Below, piece by piece: positions 1-13,700 of a stretch of DNA of 64,000 nt (positions are counted from its first letter, which is position 1; each line of letters starts with the position of its first letter). The stretch is from Macrostomum lignano (taxonomy: Eukaryota): assembly GCA_002269645.1 (NCBI GenBank), contig NIVC01000701.1, positions 62,001 through 126,000 on the forward strand, in the 5' to 3' direction. The notes under the pieces are model-generated. The model was not told the DNA's origin, did no database searches, and saw nothing but the letters and a program-made list of their open reading frames with translations. Position numbers and translations under genes: made by a program.

Positions 1-269
1 AAAACCACAAGACAAGCATAAAGAAGCACCGAAAGAAGGAAAGAGAAGAGATTCTTCTTTGCCATGGCGTCAGACTAATCTCGGGGTATTTTGCACTGTA
101 TCTGACACCGCCCCCCCTCAACGGCCGCCCCTCCTCCCTGTAGCTGATAGTGAAGTTTGCCGCTCGAGACAGCCCCCTGAGGGCTCCGCCAGGGACACCA
201 TGGTTTAGCAATCTGGATTGGAAAACACCGCACACGATAAGGCCTGCTAACCGTTTATTGTGCATGCCT

Positions 270-410
270 CTGATGCTTGGGAGAACTTCTGACTCTCCCG
301 CTACATCCCTGGTTCGATTCCACATTCATTTGGGGCTTGTATGCCTGACGATTAGAAAGTCAGAGCCAGACTGTACACCCTGGGTGAGCGTGTGCATGAG
401 TCAGTATTGA
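270..410 (+). mobile_element. SINE-like family 2 copy (degenerate)
   Basis: GGTTCGATTCC at 311-321, then ACGATTAGAAAGTCAGAGCCAGACTGTACACCCTGGGTGAGCGTGTG. Confidence 0.45.
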
Positions 411-518
411 CGCGCTTGCATGTGCTCAGCAGTCAGCGGAATGAGCAGATTGCCGTCAGCGCTGCCCTATTAATATTAGTATTAAATTTATAAATATTAT
501 TGTCATTAGGATTGCTTC

Positions 519-519
<1 letters not shown>

Positions 520-552
<33 letters not shown>
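520..552. repeat. (ATT)n microsatellite
   Basis: direct reading. Confidence 0.9.
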
Positions 553-553
<1 letters not shown>

Positions 554-1162
554 GAGCTTATGAAAGTGACAGTAAAACAGGCCAACAGTCGGCTGCCAGT
601 CCAGATACTCTGTCCAGGACTCCCTGGTTCAGCTTAGTGTGTCTCATGCTTTTTCTGGATTCGACCCGCCTCTCCAACCCCCCCTTCTCTGCATAAACGG
701 AGGTGAGGCAGCCTAATTGCCGGTGTACAATTGAGGGGCTGGCCGGCAGTCTGGAGGCGCATGAACCTTGAAGGGGCCGCAGGGTGCCGCCTACTTACTC
801 GGGGCATAAATTAGAACACGCGTGGCAACTGCGGGCTTGGCACACAGTTGGAAAAGAGACTGTGTTAGAGACAGGCGCAGGCGGCACAGTTAAAAAAGAA
901 GTCAGTCTGTCAGCCATAGTTGTCAGTGGCTTTGAGCAGCAGCAGAAGTTGAAGCCATCAGCATCGTGGTAGAGCAAGTCAAAGTCTGCGCGGTCAAGTT
1001 GATTGACAGAAGCTGTCAAATCCTCCCGCTGACACAGCCTCCCATTGTCCCTGGCTGACTCATCCCATCTCATCTCAAACCTACCGTTGTGTGGAGACAC
1101 CAACAGGCCACCGGCTGCTACAGTTTGCTTCTGAAAGCAGAAATTTAGCGTTATTTTCTCAA

Positions 1163-1319
1163 ATGTCAAAGAGCTTCAGGCGGCTGGGCCTGGGTCGCAA
1201 GTCGGACTCCAGACTGCAGTCCAAGTGGAAAGAGCAGCTGCACTGCGCTGGCACCGAGCCAGCCACCGAGTTTGAGCCGCAGATGCCTCACGGCCGCTAT
1301 GGAGCTGACAGGGGACACG
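1163..1319 (+). CDS. RasGAP putative first coding exon ([13 protein letters not shown]...)
   Basis: ATG 1163, donor G|GTGAGA at 1320, phase 1 matches the exon at 5697. An in-frame upstream acceptor (ctacag, 1122) means it may be an internal exon. Confidence 0.55.
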
Positions 1320-4300
1320 GTGAGAGATTTGGGACTGGCGAGCAATGCGTCCGTGAGTCACGGGTTGCAAATTCCCGAGTAATAAGAGAATAAGAAAGGA
1401 AATGAGAGGAGAGAATGGAGGGAGAGAATGAATGGAGAGAATGAAGGGAGAGAATGGAGGGAGAGAATGGAGGGAGAGAATGAATGGAGAGAATGAAGGG
1501 AGAGAATGGAGGGAGAGAATGAAGGGAGAGAATGAAGGGAGAGAATGGAGGGAGAGAATGAAGGGAGAGAATGAAGGGAGAGAATGGAGGGAGAGAATGA
1601 ATGGAGAGAATGAAGGGAGAGAATGGAGGGAGAGAATGAAGGGAGAGAATGAAGGGAGAGAATGGAGGGAGAGAATGAAGGGAGAGAATGAAGGGAGAGA
1701 ATGGAGGGAGAGAATGAATGGAGAGAATGAAGGGAGAGAATGGAGGGAGAGAATGGAGGGAGAGAATGAATGGAGAGAATGGAGGGAGAGAATGAAGGGA
1801 GAGAATGAAGGGAGAGAATGAATGGAGAGAATGAAGGGAGAGAATGGAGGGAGAGAATGGAGGGAGAGAATGGAGGGAGAGAATGAATGGAGAGAATGAA
1901 GGGAGAGAACAAAGGGAGAGAATGAAGGGAAAGGAAGGAAGGAAAGAATGAAGGGAGAGAATAAAGGTAGAGAATGGAAGGAGAATGAAGGGAGAGAATG
2001 AGAGGAACGGATGAAGTGAGAGAATGAAGGGAGAGAATGAAGAGAGAGAATGAAGGGAGAGAATGAAGGGAAAGGATGGAGGGGAGAATGAAGGGAGAGA
2101 ATGAAGGGAAAGGATGGAGAGGGAGAATGAAGTGAGAGAATGAAGGGAGAGAATGAAGAGAGAGAATGAAGGGAGAGAATGAAGGGAAAGGATGGAGGGG
2201 AGAATGAAGGGAGAGAATGAAGGGAAAGGATGGAGAGGGAGAATGAAGTGAGAGAATGAAGGGAGAGAATGAAGAGAGAGAATGAAGGGAGAGAATGAAG
2301 GGAAAGGATGGAGGGGAGAATGAAGGGAGAGAATGAAGGGAAAGGATGGAGAGGGAGAATGAAGGGAGAGAATGAAGGGAGAGAATGAGAGGAACGAATG
2401 AAGGAGAGAATGAAGGGAGAGAGTGAAGGGAGAACAAAGTGGGATTTGCAGGGGTGATAAACAAAATAATGGCTAAAGATTAGTGACCCCGCTCTTATCA
2501 CACGAGCTTAATGAGTAAGATGAACCATTCACGGGCTAGAGCTTTAGCAAGAGTCGAGTGCCTAATGGAGGGGATCATTAATAAGTAAATAAATCGGAGG
2601 CAAAAGTTGCCAAACGGTAGCAGCTATAAATTATTGGCAGAACCAACCTGCACCAGCCATTCTTTCGCGCTCCGGTCGACATCCACCGCTAATTATCATC
2701 TGGGAGATTGGTTGCGACCAACTTTTCTGCACTTTTCTGTGCAAATTTTAGCTGATAAACTGGTCCCCCTTTCTTGCCAATACTTGACCGATTCTGGGGT
2801 GTAAACCTGTCAGCACCGACCCCTCTGCCCTCCTATTGCACTCTCCCTGTGCAACCAACTGATCGGGGCTGTAAATCATTCCACCCTCAAGTGTAATTGG
2901 GTCCGACTTTATTGCCGAAATAAACTTTTCCACGCGTGCTAACTACACTACTGATGGTCAGTAGAAATAAAAGAAAAACCATTCTCTTTTATACATATAT
3001 TATCCACAAACAATGATTCACTCATTGTTAACAAATTCAAATTGAAAAAATATTAAATTTCGCTATATGCTGCCTGTTTGACAGCTGAAAAATCAATAAA
3101 TCAACCAACTAACTAGAGTATGACGCATCCTATCCTTACTCCAGCTATAACTTAGCCATACTTAGTGAGACCAGCTGGTTCGCTTTGGACTGAGTGGGAC
3201 GCAGAGTTTTACTGGGAGCTCCCGCATGCTGGGCATATTTGATATTTGACTGCTGCAGACACTGGCTGTCTGCGAATTTGTAGACTAACTATTCAACCCA
3301 TTTTTTTATCTTTGTCTTTGCTCATTGTAGTGACTGCCGGCCTCTCACCTTTCCTTTCCCTTTATCCTCCTGACTCTCACCCTATTTTCAACCTTATTCT
3401 CCTGAATTTTACCCTTATTCTCCTGACTCTCACCCTATTCTCCTGACTCTCACCCCTATTCTCCTGACTCTCACCATATTCTCACCCTTATATTCTCCTG
3501 ACTCTCACCCTTATTCTCCTGACTCTCACCCTTATTCTCCTGACTCTCACCCTTATTCTCCTGACTCTCACCCTTATTCTCCTGACTCTCACCCTTATTC
3601 TCCTGACTCTCACCCTTATTCTCCTGACTCTCACCCTTATTCTCCTGACTCTCACCCTTATTCTCCTGACTCTCACCCTTATTCTCCTGACTCTCACCCT
3701 TATTCTCCTGACTCTCACCCTTATTCTCCTGACTCTCACCCTTATTCTCCTGACTCTCACCCTTATTCTCCTGACTCTCACCCTTATTCTCCTGACTCTC
3801 ACCCTATTCTCAACCTTATTCTCCTGACTCTCAGCCTTATTCTCCTGACTCTCACCGCAGTCTCTGTGTGACTCCCTTGCACCATCGCTGTCTCCTATCC
3901 ATTTCATCCCCATTTACCTATTCTCCCTCCAATCTGTCTCTCCCTTGTGGCCGCATCCATTCACCTGTCTCACCCTAATCAGGGCTTCACCCCCGGGAGT
4001 GCTCCAGCACTCGTTCTCCACACACCGCCCCCCCCCCCCCAGTCGCAGGCACAATTTATGACAATGAAAACCTGCTCAATGCCGCCTCATCATAGAGATT
4101 GAGTGAGCAAATGGCGACAGTCTGGGCGGGCGCAACCCCGTCAGCCAGACGCCTCCCAGCCAGGTAATTAATAATTCAGCAGCATTGGTCTGCTGTGAGG
4201 CTGACCGCGCGCCAATTTATGAAATGCGGCTGAAAATGATAATCAAAGAAGAATCAGAAATGGATGAGATGGTGTCTTACTCAAATTAGATGGTGTCTTA

Positions 4301-6720
4301 CTCAAATTAGATGTCGTCTTACTCAAATTAGATGTTGTCTTACTCAAATTAGATGTCGTCTTACTCAAATTAGATGGTGTCTTACTCAAATTAGATGGTG
4401 TCTTACTCAAATTAGATGGTTTCTTACTCAAATTAGATGGTGTCTTACTCAAATTAGATGGTGTCTTACTCAAATTAGATGGTTTCTTTCTCAAATTAGA
4501 TGGTGTCTTACTCAAATTAGATGTTGTCTTACTCAAATTAGATGTCGTCTTACTCAAATTGGATGTCGTCTTACTCAAATTGGATGGTGTCTTACTTACT
4601 TAGATTAGATGGTGTCTTACTCAAATTAGATGGTGTCTTACTTAAATTAGATGGTGTCTTACTCAAATTAGATGGTGTCTTACTCAAATTAGATGTCGTC
4701 TTACTCAAATTAGATGGTGTCTTACTCAAATTAGATGTTGTCTTACTCAAATTAGATGTCGTCTTACTCAAATTGGATGGTGTCTTACTCAAATTAGATG
4801 ATGTCTTACTTACTTAGATTAGATGGTGTCTTACTCAAATTAGATGTCGTCTTACTCAAATTGGATGGTGTCTTACTCAAATTAGATGATGTCTTACTTA
4901 CTTAGATTAGATGGTGTCTTACTCAAATTAGATGTCGTCTTACTCAAATTAGATGGTGTCTTACTCAAATTAGATGATGTCTTACTTACTTAGATTAGAT
5001 GGTGTCTTACTCAAATTAGACGGTATCTTTACTCAAGTCCCTTTCAATAACTGGGACCAATTAATTTCGTTTCTTTCAGTATACGATAGCATAATAGCTT
5101 TTCTATTTTTCAATTCCAAGAAACCTTTTCAATCCCAGTCCATCTACTTGTTAGTAGTCCTTGAACTAGCCCGGTAATTATCCTCTTAATCAGTCTGTCT
5201 GGCAGAGTGGAGGCCTGTACCATGTGCGCAGATTTGCATTGACGCGGGATGCGGATCTCTCGCCGTGACTCCCCAGCCTCCCCCCTGAGGAAGGGGGATA
5301 ACTAGGCAATAGCTGGAAATGAAAATCCCAGCAACTGCTAGCCAAATTCCCGTTCAGGTGGCGCAAGTCAAATTTGGCCCTGAAAAGCCAACGCCAGTAC
5401 CTGGGAGTGCAGTGCGTGTGTGTGTGTGGGGGTAGAGAGGAAGGCAGTGCAGGGTTGGGCAAATTCTATGCATATATAAGCCATTCCATGCATCCTCAAT
5501 AGGCCAGTGCTTCCCTCCAAGCACTCTCCTAGAAATAATTACAAATAATACGGCTGCAATCATAGAGATGTTACGTCACGACCAAGAATCTCAATTAAAA
5601 CTTTCCTATACATATTTATTTCCAGGTGAGAATAATGCGTATTAGCAAACTGCGAGAAATATTTAAAAACAATTAATGCCTTTGTTATCTTCGCAGACTC
5701 TTCCGCTGATTCAACTGGAGTGTCTGGCGCCCACTTCGACCCGAGCTGGAGACGGAACCAGCAGCAGATGCCGGCTGGAGCATCCGGGATGTCTGCTAGC
5801 AGCGGTGCAGGAGGCGCCAACAGCGACAAGCCCGCGACAGGCAGCAAAATCAAGGTGCGTTAATTGCTGCAAGTCTGCTTTTGCTTGCTGCTGTTTCTGC
5901 TCACAAGCTTGTCAAGTCCACAGATACTAAAATAACTAGATGGGCCACTCAGGCAGCATATATTTATTAAAACAGCCTTCTACTTTCAGTTCAGTAGTAA
6001 AGAAGAATACAGAAGCTATTTTATAGAATTATTGGCAGCTGAAATGACTTTGATTAGTTTAGAAGCCAAGCTTGCAGGCGCGTAAACAGCTTGCTAATTG
6101 GTTCAGCAGCAATGTACATTAGCCAGTCCACTGAGATGTACATGGCAGCTTTAGGCTGGAATTCTGAGAAAGGCAATAAAAATTGGGGCGGGTGGGGCCG
6201 GGGTCGATTGGAGGGTTTAAACTGGGGAGAGCCAATTAATGAGCCTTGGCTTTAAAATTACATTAAAATGCTGCTGTTTAACTTACTACTGAACCGAAAG
6301 TAGCTTGCACGCAAATGTGCTGAGTGGCCCATCTAGTCATTCTAGAATCTGTGGTTAAGTCCCAGAAAATCTCAGTTAATCTCGTACGTGTACACTGATT
6401 TACGATTAGAAAGTCAAGGCCGCTGTACAGCCTGTGTGAGCAACAGCGCTCAAAGCCTCCTGCAAAATAACTACTCAGTAGATAATGAATAGTAGTAGCA
6501 GTCACTATTAGTTATTTAGATAGTACGAACCTGGGATTAGTTGCTTCAATTTTCGAGTGAACATCGAAGACCTGTCAGAACTAATAGTTTTACAGAGTTA
6601 AATTTATTGATTAAAAAAGTAAACATGCATGGCTAAAATAAACGTTTCCCAGAGCATCTTTCGCGGAATTGGCATCAAACGAGCCAAAAGTTCATCAAAG
6701 TTAGACAATAAGAAGAAGAC

Positions 6721-6760
<40 letters not shown>

Positions 6761-7701
6761 TACGAACAACAGATGAAACTCCAGCAACTGTTGATGCAAC
6801 AACAGCAGCAGCAACAGCTGGCAATGACTCAGAGTGCCCTTCTTGGCACAGACAGTCGTAGTCGCCTGTACAACCTGCAGCAGCAGCAGCAGCAGTGAGT
6901 TCAATGAAAGTGTTACAAAGTAAAGAAGCGTAGATTTCTTTTTTATGATAAATATACTTGCACGAATGCTTAGTGCTGTTTGCATGAAAAAGTTTTCTAC
7001 TTAAAGTAGTGCGAGTGAAAATAGGAATAGAATAGAATAGAATAGAATAGAATAGAATAGAATAGAATAGAATAGAATAGAATAGAATAGAATAGAATAG
7101 AATAGAATAGAATAGAATAGAATAGAATAGAATAGAATAGAATAGAATAGAATAGAATAGAATAGAATAGAATAGAATAGAATAGAATAGAATAGAATAG
7201 AATAGAATAGAATAGAATAGAATAGAATAGAATAGAATAGAATAGAATAAAATAGAATAGAATAGAATAGAATAGAATAGAATAGAATAGAATAGAATAG
7301 AATAGAATAGAATAGAATAGAATAGAATAGAATAGAATAGAATAGAATAGAATAGAATAGAATAGAATAGAATAGAGTAGAATAGAATAGAATAGAGTAG
7401 AATAGAATAGAATAGAATAGAATAGAATAGAATAGAATAGAATAGAACACAGTACAATAGAATGGATAGGGTCGGATGCAACCGCATGCTCCCAGTGCAG
7501 TGTCTGCCTCACCCCAGTCCTGCATGCCCGAATCTCCCAAATCGATCAACCCAGCTACTACGGTCAGCAGCAGCAGCAGCTCCATCACCCGGCCAGCCAG
7601 TTTCCCCGCTCGGCCAGCTCCGGTCCCGTTCTGCCGCAGCCGCCGCCTCCTCCAGCAACCAGCGCGGCTGGTGGCTGCCTCGAATGCTCCATCGAGTCCG
7701 C

Positions 7702-7743
<42 letters not shown>

Positions 7744-10700
7744 GATGCTGCGAAATCGGCACCGCCTTGGTGGCGGCGTCTCTCCGGCCTCCTCCGACCG
7801 GGTGGCCAGCAGCTGCCTGCCGATCGGCGCTGGCTACGGTGGTAGCGGCGGCGGCGGAAGCTTCCGCATGGAGGCCTCAGCATCTGGAGGGTCCGGCATC
7901 GAGGCCCACAGTTACCGGCCCAGCCATCTGGCCGTGCCGGGCGAACCGCTGGAGTTGTGAGTCAGCTCTGATCTCATCTCAGCTCTGATCTCATCTCAGC
8001 TCTGATCTTATCTCAGCTCTGATCTCATCTCAGCTCTGATCTCATCTCAGCTCTGATCTCATCTCAGCTCTGATCTCATCAAAGCTCTGATCTCATCTCA
8101 GCTCTGATCTCATCTCAGCTCTGATCTCATCAAAGCTCTGATCTCATCTCAGCTCTGATCTCATCTCAGCTCTGATCTTATCTCAGCTCTGATCTCATCT
8201 CAGCTCTGATCTCATCTCAGCTCTGATCTCATCTCAGCTCTGATCTCATCTCAGCTCTGATCTCATCTCAGCTCTGATCTCATCTGAGCTCTGATCTCAT
8301 CAAAGCTCTGATCTCATCTCAGCTCTGATCTCATCTCAGCTCTGATCTCATCTCAGCTCTGATCTCATCTTAGCTCTGATCTCATCTCAGCTCTGATCTC
8401 ATCTCAGCTCTGACTTCATCTCAGCCCGACTCCCATCTCAAATTATTCTTATCTCTTTTCTTGCCTCTGTCAATAGATTATGAGTACTCTATTTTCAGAA
8501 AATGTTTGATCCAATTGTGTAACCACCACTGTTTCACATTGATATTTGTTTTGTGTGAAGTTATAAACATAATTTACTAACTGACTAACATTTATTCAAA
8601 GTTTCCCGTGAAATTAACACCCTGATAGATTATTTGTTGACAAAAACCCAGCATTTCTACTCATAGTAGACTAACTACTAAAATAGAGTTTAACTGCGAC
8701 TATTGATTGGTGTTTGCAAACTGCACTCTTTCTCTCCGCGTGTGCGCATGCCTCCCATCGTTTTGAATGAGCTGCAAGCATGAGAAGGGCATGAAGCTAA
8801 GCTAGTAATTTATTATTTCCTCGGACCATGGCGGCGCCTCATCCACCCACGCTTTTCTGACTGAGAGAAAAAACTTGCAATAAAAGCCAAAGAAATTAGA
8901 ATTCGAGCGAGGCTATCTGACTCAGCTCTCATGTGGGAATGAATTTTGAGCAGTTCTCAGATCTTCGACCATTTTGCCGAGCGCAATGGTGAATGAAAAT
9001 ATTGGCTGTGAATTCTCGAAAAAATTGCTTGTTTCTGTTTTCAATACGAGAGCTCTGGGTCCCACTGTAGATCTGAATCTCACTGTAGGAGATCTGAATC
9101 TCACTGTAGGAGATCTGAATCTCACTGTAAGAGTCTGAATCGCACTGTAAGAGATCTGAATCTCACTGTAGGAGATCTGAATCTCACTGTAAGAGTCTGA
9201 ATCTCACTGTAGGAGATCTGAATCTCACTGTAGGAGATCTGAATCTCACTGTAGGAGATCTGAATCTCGCTGTAAGAGTCTGAATCGCACTGTAAGAGAT
9301 CTGAATCTCACTGTAAGAGATATGAATCTTACTGTAGGAGATCTGAATCTCACTGTAGGAGACCTGAATCTCACTGTAGGAGATCTGAATCTCACTGTAA
9401 GAATCTGAATCGCACTGTAAGAGATCTGAATCTCACTGTAAGAGATCTGAATCTCACTGTAAGAGATATGAATCTTACTGTACGAGATCTGAATCTCACT
9501 GTAGGAGACCTGAATCTCACTGTAGGAGACATGAATCTCACTGTAGGAGACCTGAATCTCACTGTAGGAGATCTGAATCTCACTGTAGGAGACCAGAATC
9601 TCATTGTAGGAGACCTGAATCTCACTGTAGGAGATCTGAATCTCATTGTAGGAGACCTGAATTTCACTGTAGGAGACCTGAATCTCACTGTAGGAGACCT
9701 GAATCTCACTGTAGGAGATCTGAATCTCATCCCAGAGCATAATTCCTCTCAAACCACCCTCAGCGGGATGCTGCGCTCAGCCCAGTCTCACGAGTCCCTC
9801 ATCGGTCCATCGCCGCACCATCAGCAGCAACAGCAGCAGCTTCAGCCTCACCCATCCAGTTTCAGCGATCGGTAAGTTAAACAGAGCTAAAATGTGAAAT
9901 AACGAAAGGAATCGAACCCAGGACCACTTGCATATGCAGTTTGAATGTTCAGGCAATGAGAAACACCTGCTTTTTTATGCTAAGAACGTGAAAAATCTTT
10001 ATTAACCTGTGAGGTTGAAGTCAGAGACACCTGCCAAGTGCCAACTGGTTAAGGCAGTCCCAGACTTACATCGGACTTCTTGTGTTTACTTTAAGCTAAG
10101 CAGGGCTTAAAACTCGGAAAAGGGCCAAACAGCAAAAAGGGTTTGGAAAGCTTTGCACTTTCCCTGTCGATCCAAACTCTATCTGTGCCCGGGGCACGTG
10201 CAATTTGCATTCTTGAATTGTTTGAATTAGAAGCAGCTAGGGAGAGTGGTGGGGCTAGAGCGGGAGGAGAGGTGCAACAGCCACAGCCGAATGAAAGTTG
10301 AGAGAGTGGGAACTAAGGCAGGGAATATTCTAGGGAGTGTGGGATCAGAATCTTGTCCCGGCGAGGTCAGCCCCAGGCTGTTGGGATTAGGGAATCAGCC
10401 AGCCCTTAGCCTGCCAATAATCCACCCCCTCTGCAGTATGTTTAGAAGTACGCAGCACCAGATTGAGGTTAGTGGGAGAGAACCAGTATAGAAGGGAGTG
10501 AGGGAAAGGGGTTTAGTGCACAGGCCTTCAACTTGTGCCTCTCCACCCTTCTCCCTCCTCTCTCCTCTCCTCTCTTTCTCTCCAAGGCAGCCATAGGTGC
10601 TTTGGTGGCTGGGGGGGGGGGGAGCGCGCGGGGGGCTGCAGTCTCGCGTCTGCCCCTGCCCGACAGCCCATGGTTGGCTGGCTTGTCTATAATTATACGC

Positions 10701-13700
10701 TCGTACTAATATTAGTAATAAAACTGTTCGCTGTCCCGGGCGAGAGCCAAGCCCTGAACTCGCCCTGACCGCACAGGAAGAGCTGCTGCAGAAATTGCCA
10801 ATAAGCCCCACAGTTGAGGGGAGCTTTAAATCCAATAGACCAATTGGGTCAAGCCCACATAAGGGAGAGAGAGTGAGACAGCGGCATTAAACGCAAAAAT
10901 GCTCAGCTGACTCGCGGCCGGACTGCAATGGCGTCAACAAATGGATCTGGCGGCGGCCACAGAATCTGGACAGGGTCGCTGATGTACGGCAATCCACCGA
11001 GTTCTCTTAATTTGTAGCGTTATTATATGATTTTAATGATTTTTTATCTCCTTAGGAGTTCCAGTGCTAGTTTACGTATACTAAAAATCTCTTCAAGCAA
11101 CTGCAGGAACTATAAATTGTAACTTTCGCATCCAACCTTTGCTGCAGCCTGAAGAAGGTGAACAGGCCCGACCTGGAGAACACGCGCCATCGAGACAACT
11201 CGCTGAAGCTGTGGATCTTCGAGGCTAAAAGACTGCCGCCAAAGAAGAGGTCAGCGAGCTGAAGCCCTATTTTATCTAACTTTCTAGGTTAATATCAAAC
11301 GCTCTGAAAAAATCTGATTGTGCTGTGTACTATTGAATCACTCCAGGTACTTCTGCGAAATTTGCCTGGATCATATCCTGTACGCCAGGACTACTACAAA
11401 GGAGAAGACTGCGGATTCTGACCCGTTCTGGGGCGAACCTTTCGAGTTCAGGTGAGATTTTGAGAAACGCTGGGATTTGAGATGATGCAAAAATAAGAGA
11501 ACGGGAAGAATGGAAAGGAAAGAATGGGAATGAGAAGTATAGAGATGGGAAGAATGGGAATGGGAAGAATGGGAATGGGAAGAATGGGAATGGGAAGAAT
11601 GGGAATGGGAAGAATGGGAATGGGAAGAATGGAGATGGAAGGAATGGGGATGGGAGGAATGGGAATGGAACGAATCTTATTAATTAGAATTCAGAGACCA
11701 TTGTAGCTGACAAACTCCCCGATCCCAAACGCAGCAACCTGCAAGACATCGCCCTAGTAACCGTGAAGCTATTCCGCGAGGCGGACAAAAAGAAGAAGAA
11801 GGACAAGAATCAGCTGATTGGTGAGGTGCGCCTGCCAGTGCATGACATTGGTTCGGCCATTGAGCAATGGCACTCGCTGGCGGCGCCTCAGCAGCCTCAG
11901 CAGCAGCAGCCGCAGCCGCAGCCACAGCCGCAGCTACCCCAGCAGCCGTGCATCAGACTCCGCTCGCACTACATCAGCATAGATGTGCTACCATTGCAGT
12001 GCTACAGAGGCCTGCACCGGTGCCTCATGCAGCAGGCTGAGCCTCTGGTGGCCGCCCTGGAGCCGCGGCTGAACCTTCGCGACAAAGAGGAGCTGGCGGC
12101 ACGCCTGATCTCCGTGGCTCACGCTGACGGTGGCGCCCAGGAGCTGCTGACCGGCCTGGTGATGCAGGAGCTCTCTGCCTCCGCCAACGACTTGCTGGTG
12201 TTCCGTGGCAACAGCATAGCAACCAAGGCGGTGGAGTTTTTCCTCCGGCTGGTTGGCAGCGACTATCTTCGCCGGATTCTGACCGAGCCGCTCAGCATCC
12301 TGCTGAGAGATGACCCGCAGTGCGAGGTGGACCCCCAGCGGGTGCGTCATTTATCACTACGTCAATTTCAGCGGTGTTTTATTTAAATTCAAATTGGATT
12401 TTAGGTCGAATTGAACTGAAAAAAATCAATATGAGGGTGTAGAAAGTTAGAGGGAGTTAAGAAAGGTCTACCATGGCTGGATTGAGTTTCGATGGATACG
12501 AGTAACCAATGTACATTAGATAAGACTTGGAAGAGGGGCAGAGAGAAAAAGCGAGAGATGAAAAAGTTCTAGCATGGCTGGCTTGAGTGGCGATCAATAA
12601 CCAATGTACATTGGATAAGACTTGGAAGAGGGGCAGAGAGAAAAAGCGAGAGATGAAAAAGTTCTAGCATGGCTGGCTTGAGTGGCGATCGATAACCAAT
12701 GTACATTGGATAAGACTTGGAAGAGGGGCAGAGAGAAAAAGCGAGAGATGAAAAAGTTCTAGCATGGCTGGCTTGAGTGGCGATCAATAACCAATGTACA
12801 TTGGATAAGACTTGGAAGAGGGGCAGAGAGAAAAAGCGAGAGATGAAAAAGTTCTAGCATGGCTGGCTTGAGTGGCGATCGATAACCAATGTACATTGGA
12901 TAAGACTTGGAAGAGGGGCAGAGAGAAAAAGCGAGAGATAAAAAAGTTCTAGCATGGCTGGCTTGAGTGGCGATCGATAACCAATGTACATTGTATAAGA
13001 CTTGGAAGAGGGGCACAGAAAAAAGCGAGAGATGAAAAAGTTCTAGCATGGCTGGCTTGTGGGGCGATCGATAATTTTAACCAATGTACGTTTTATAAGA
13101 CTTGGAAGAAGGACAGAGAGAAAATGGGGGGACAGATAGCAATTTTGCAACAAAGCTTAAATGTACATGTACTTTTCGCCATTCACTCTAGGTGGACGCC
13201 CCGGACACCCTAGCAGCCAATCAGCGCCGACTCCGAGAATTCGTCGACCTGTTCTGGACTCGTGTGCAGGCCTCGGCTCCGGCCGTACCACCCGAGATCG
13301 GCCGCCTGTTCGCGCTGATCCGCCAGCGCCTCGCTGAGTCCCGACGCCCCGAGCTCGGCGACACCCTGGTCAGCGCCAGCCTGTTCCTGCGCCTGCTCTG
13401 CCCCGCCATCCTCGGCCCGACCCTATTCGGCCTCACCCAGGAGCTGCCGAGCCAGCGGGCCGCGCGTTCCCTCACCCTCATCGCCAAGACAATCCAGAAT
13501 CTCGCCAATGGTACCCTGTACGGCGCCAAAGAGGCTTACATGCAGTTCATGAACAGGTTCCTGGAGGAGCGCACCACCGAGATGCGGCTGTTCCTCAAGG
13601 CGGCGTCGAGGCCCAGTCAGCTTCCCGACGCTCCGCCCGGCATCGATCTGGGCTGCGAGCTCGCCCAGCTGCACCTGCTGCTCAGCACCACCTGCTCAGA

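Noticed and set aside
3856-4165. Additional RasGAP exon (ctcaccgcag| ... CCAG|gtaatt)
   Set aside because: Stops block the frames needed to link flanking exons and there is no family homology.
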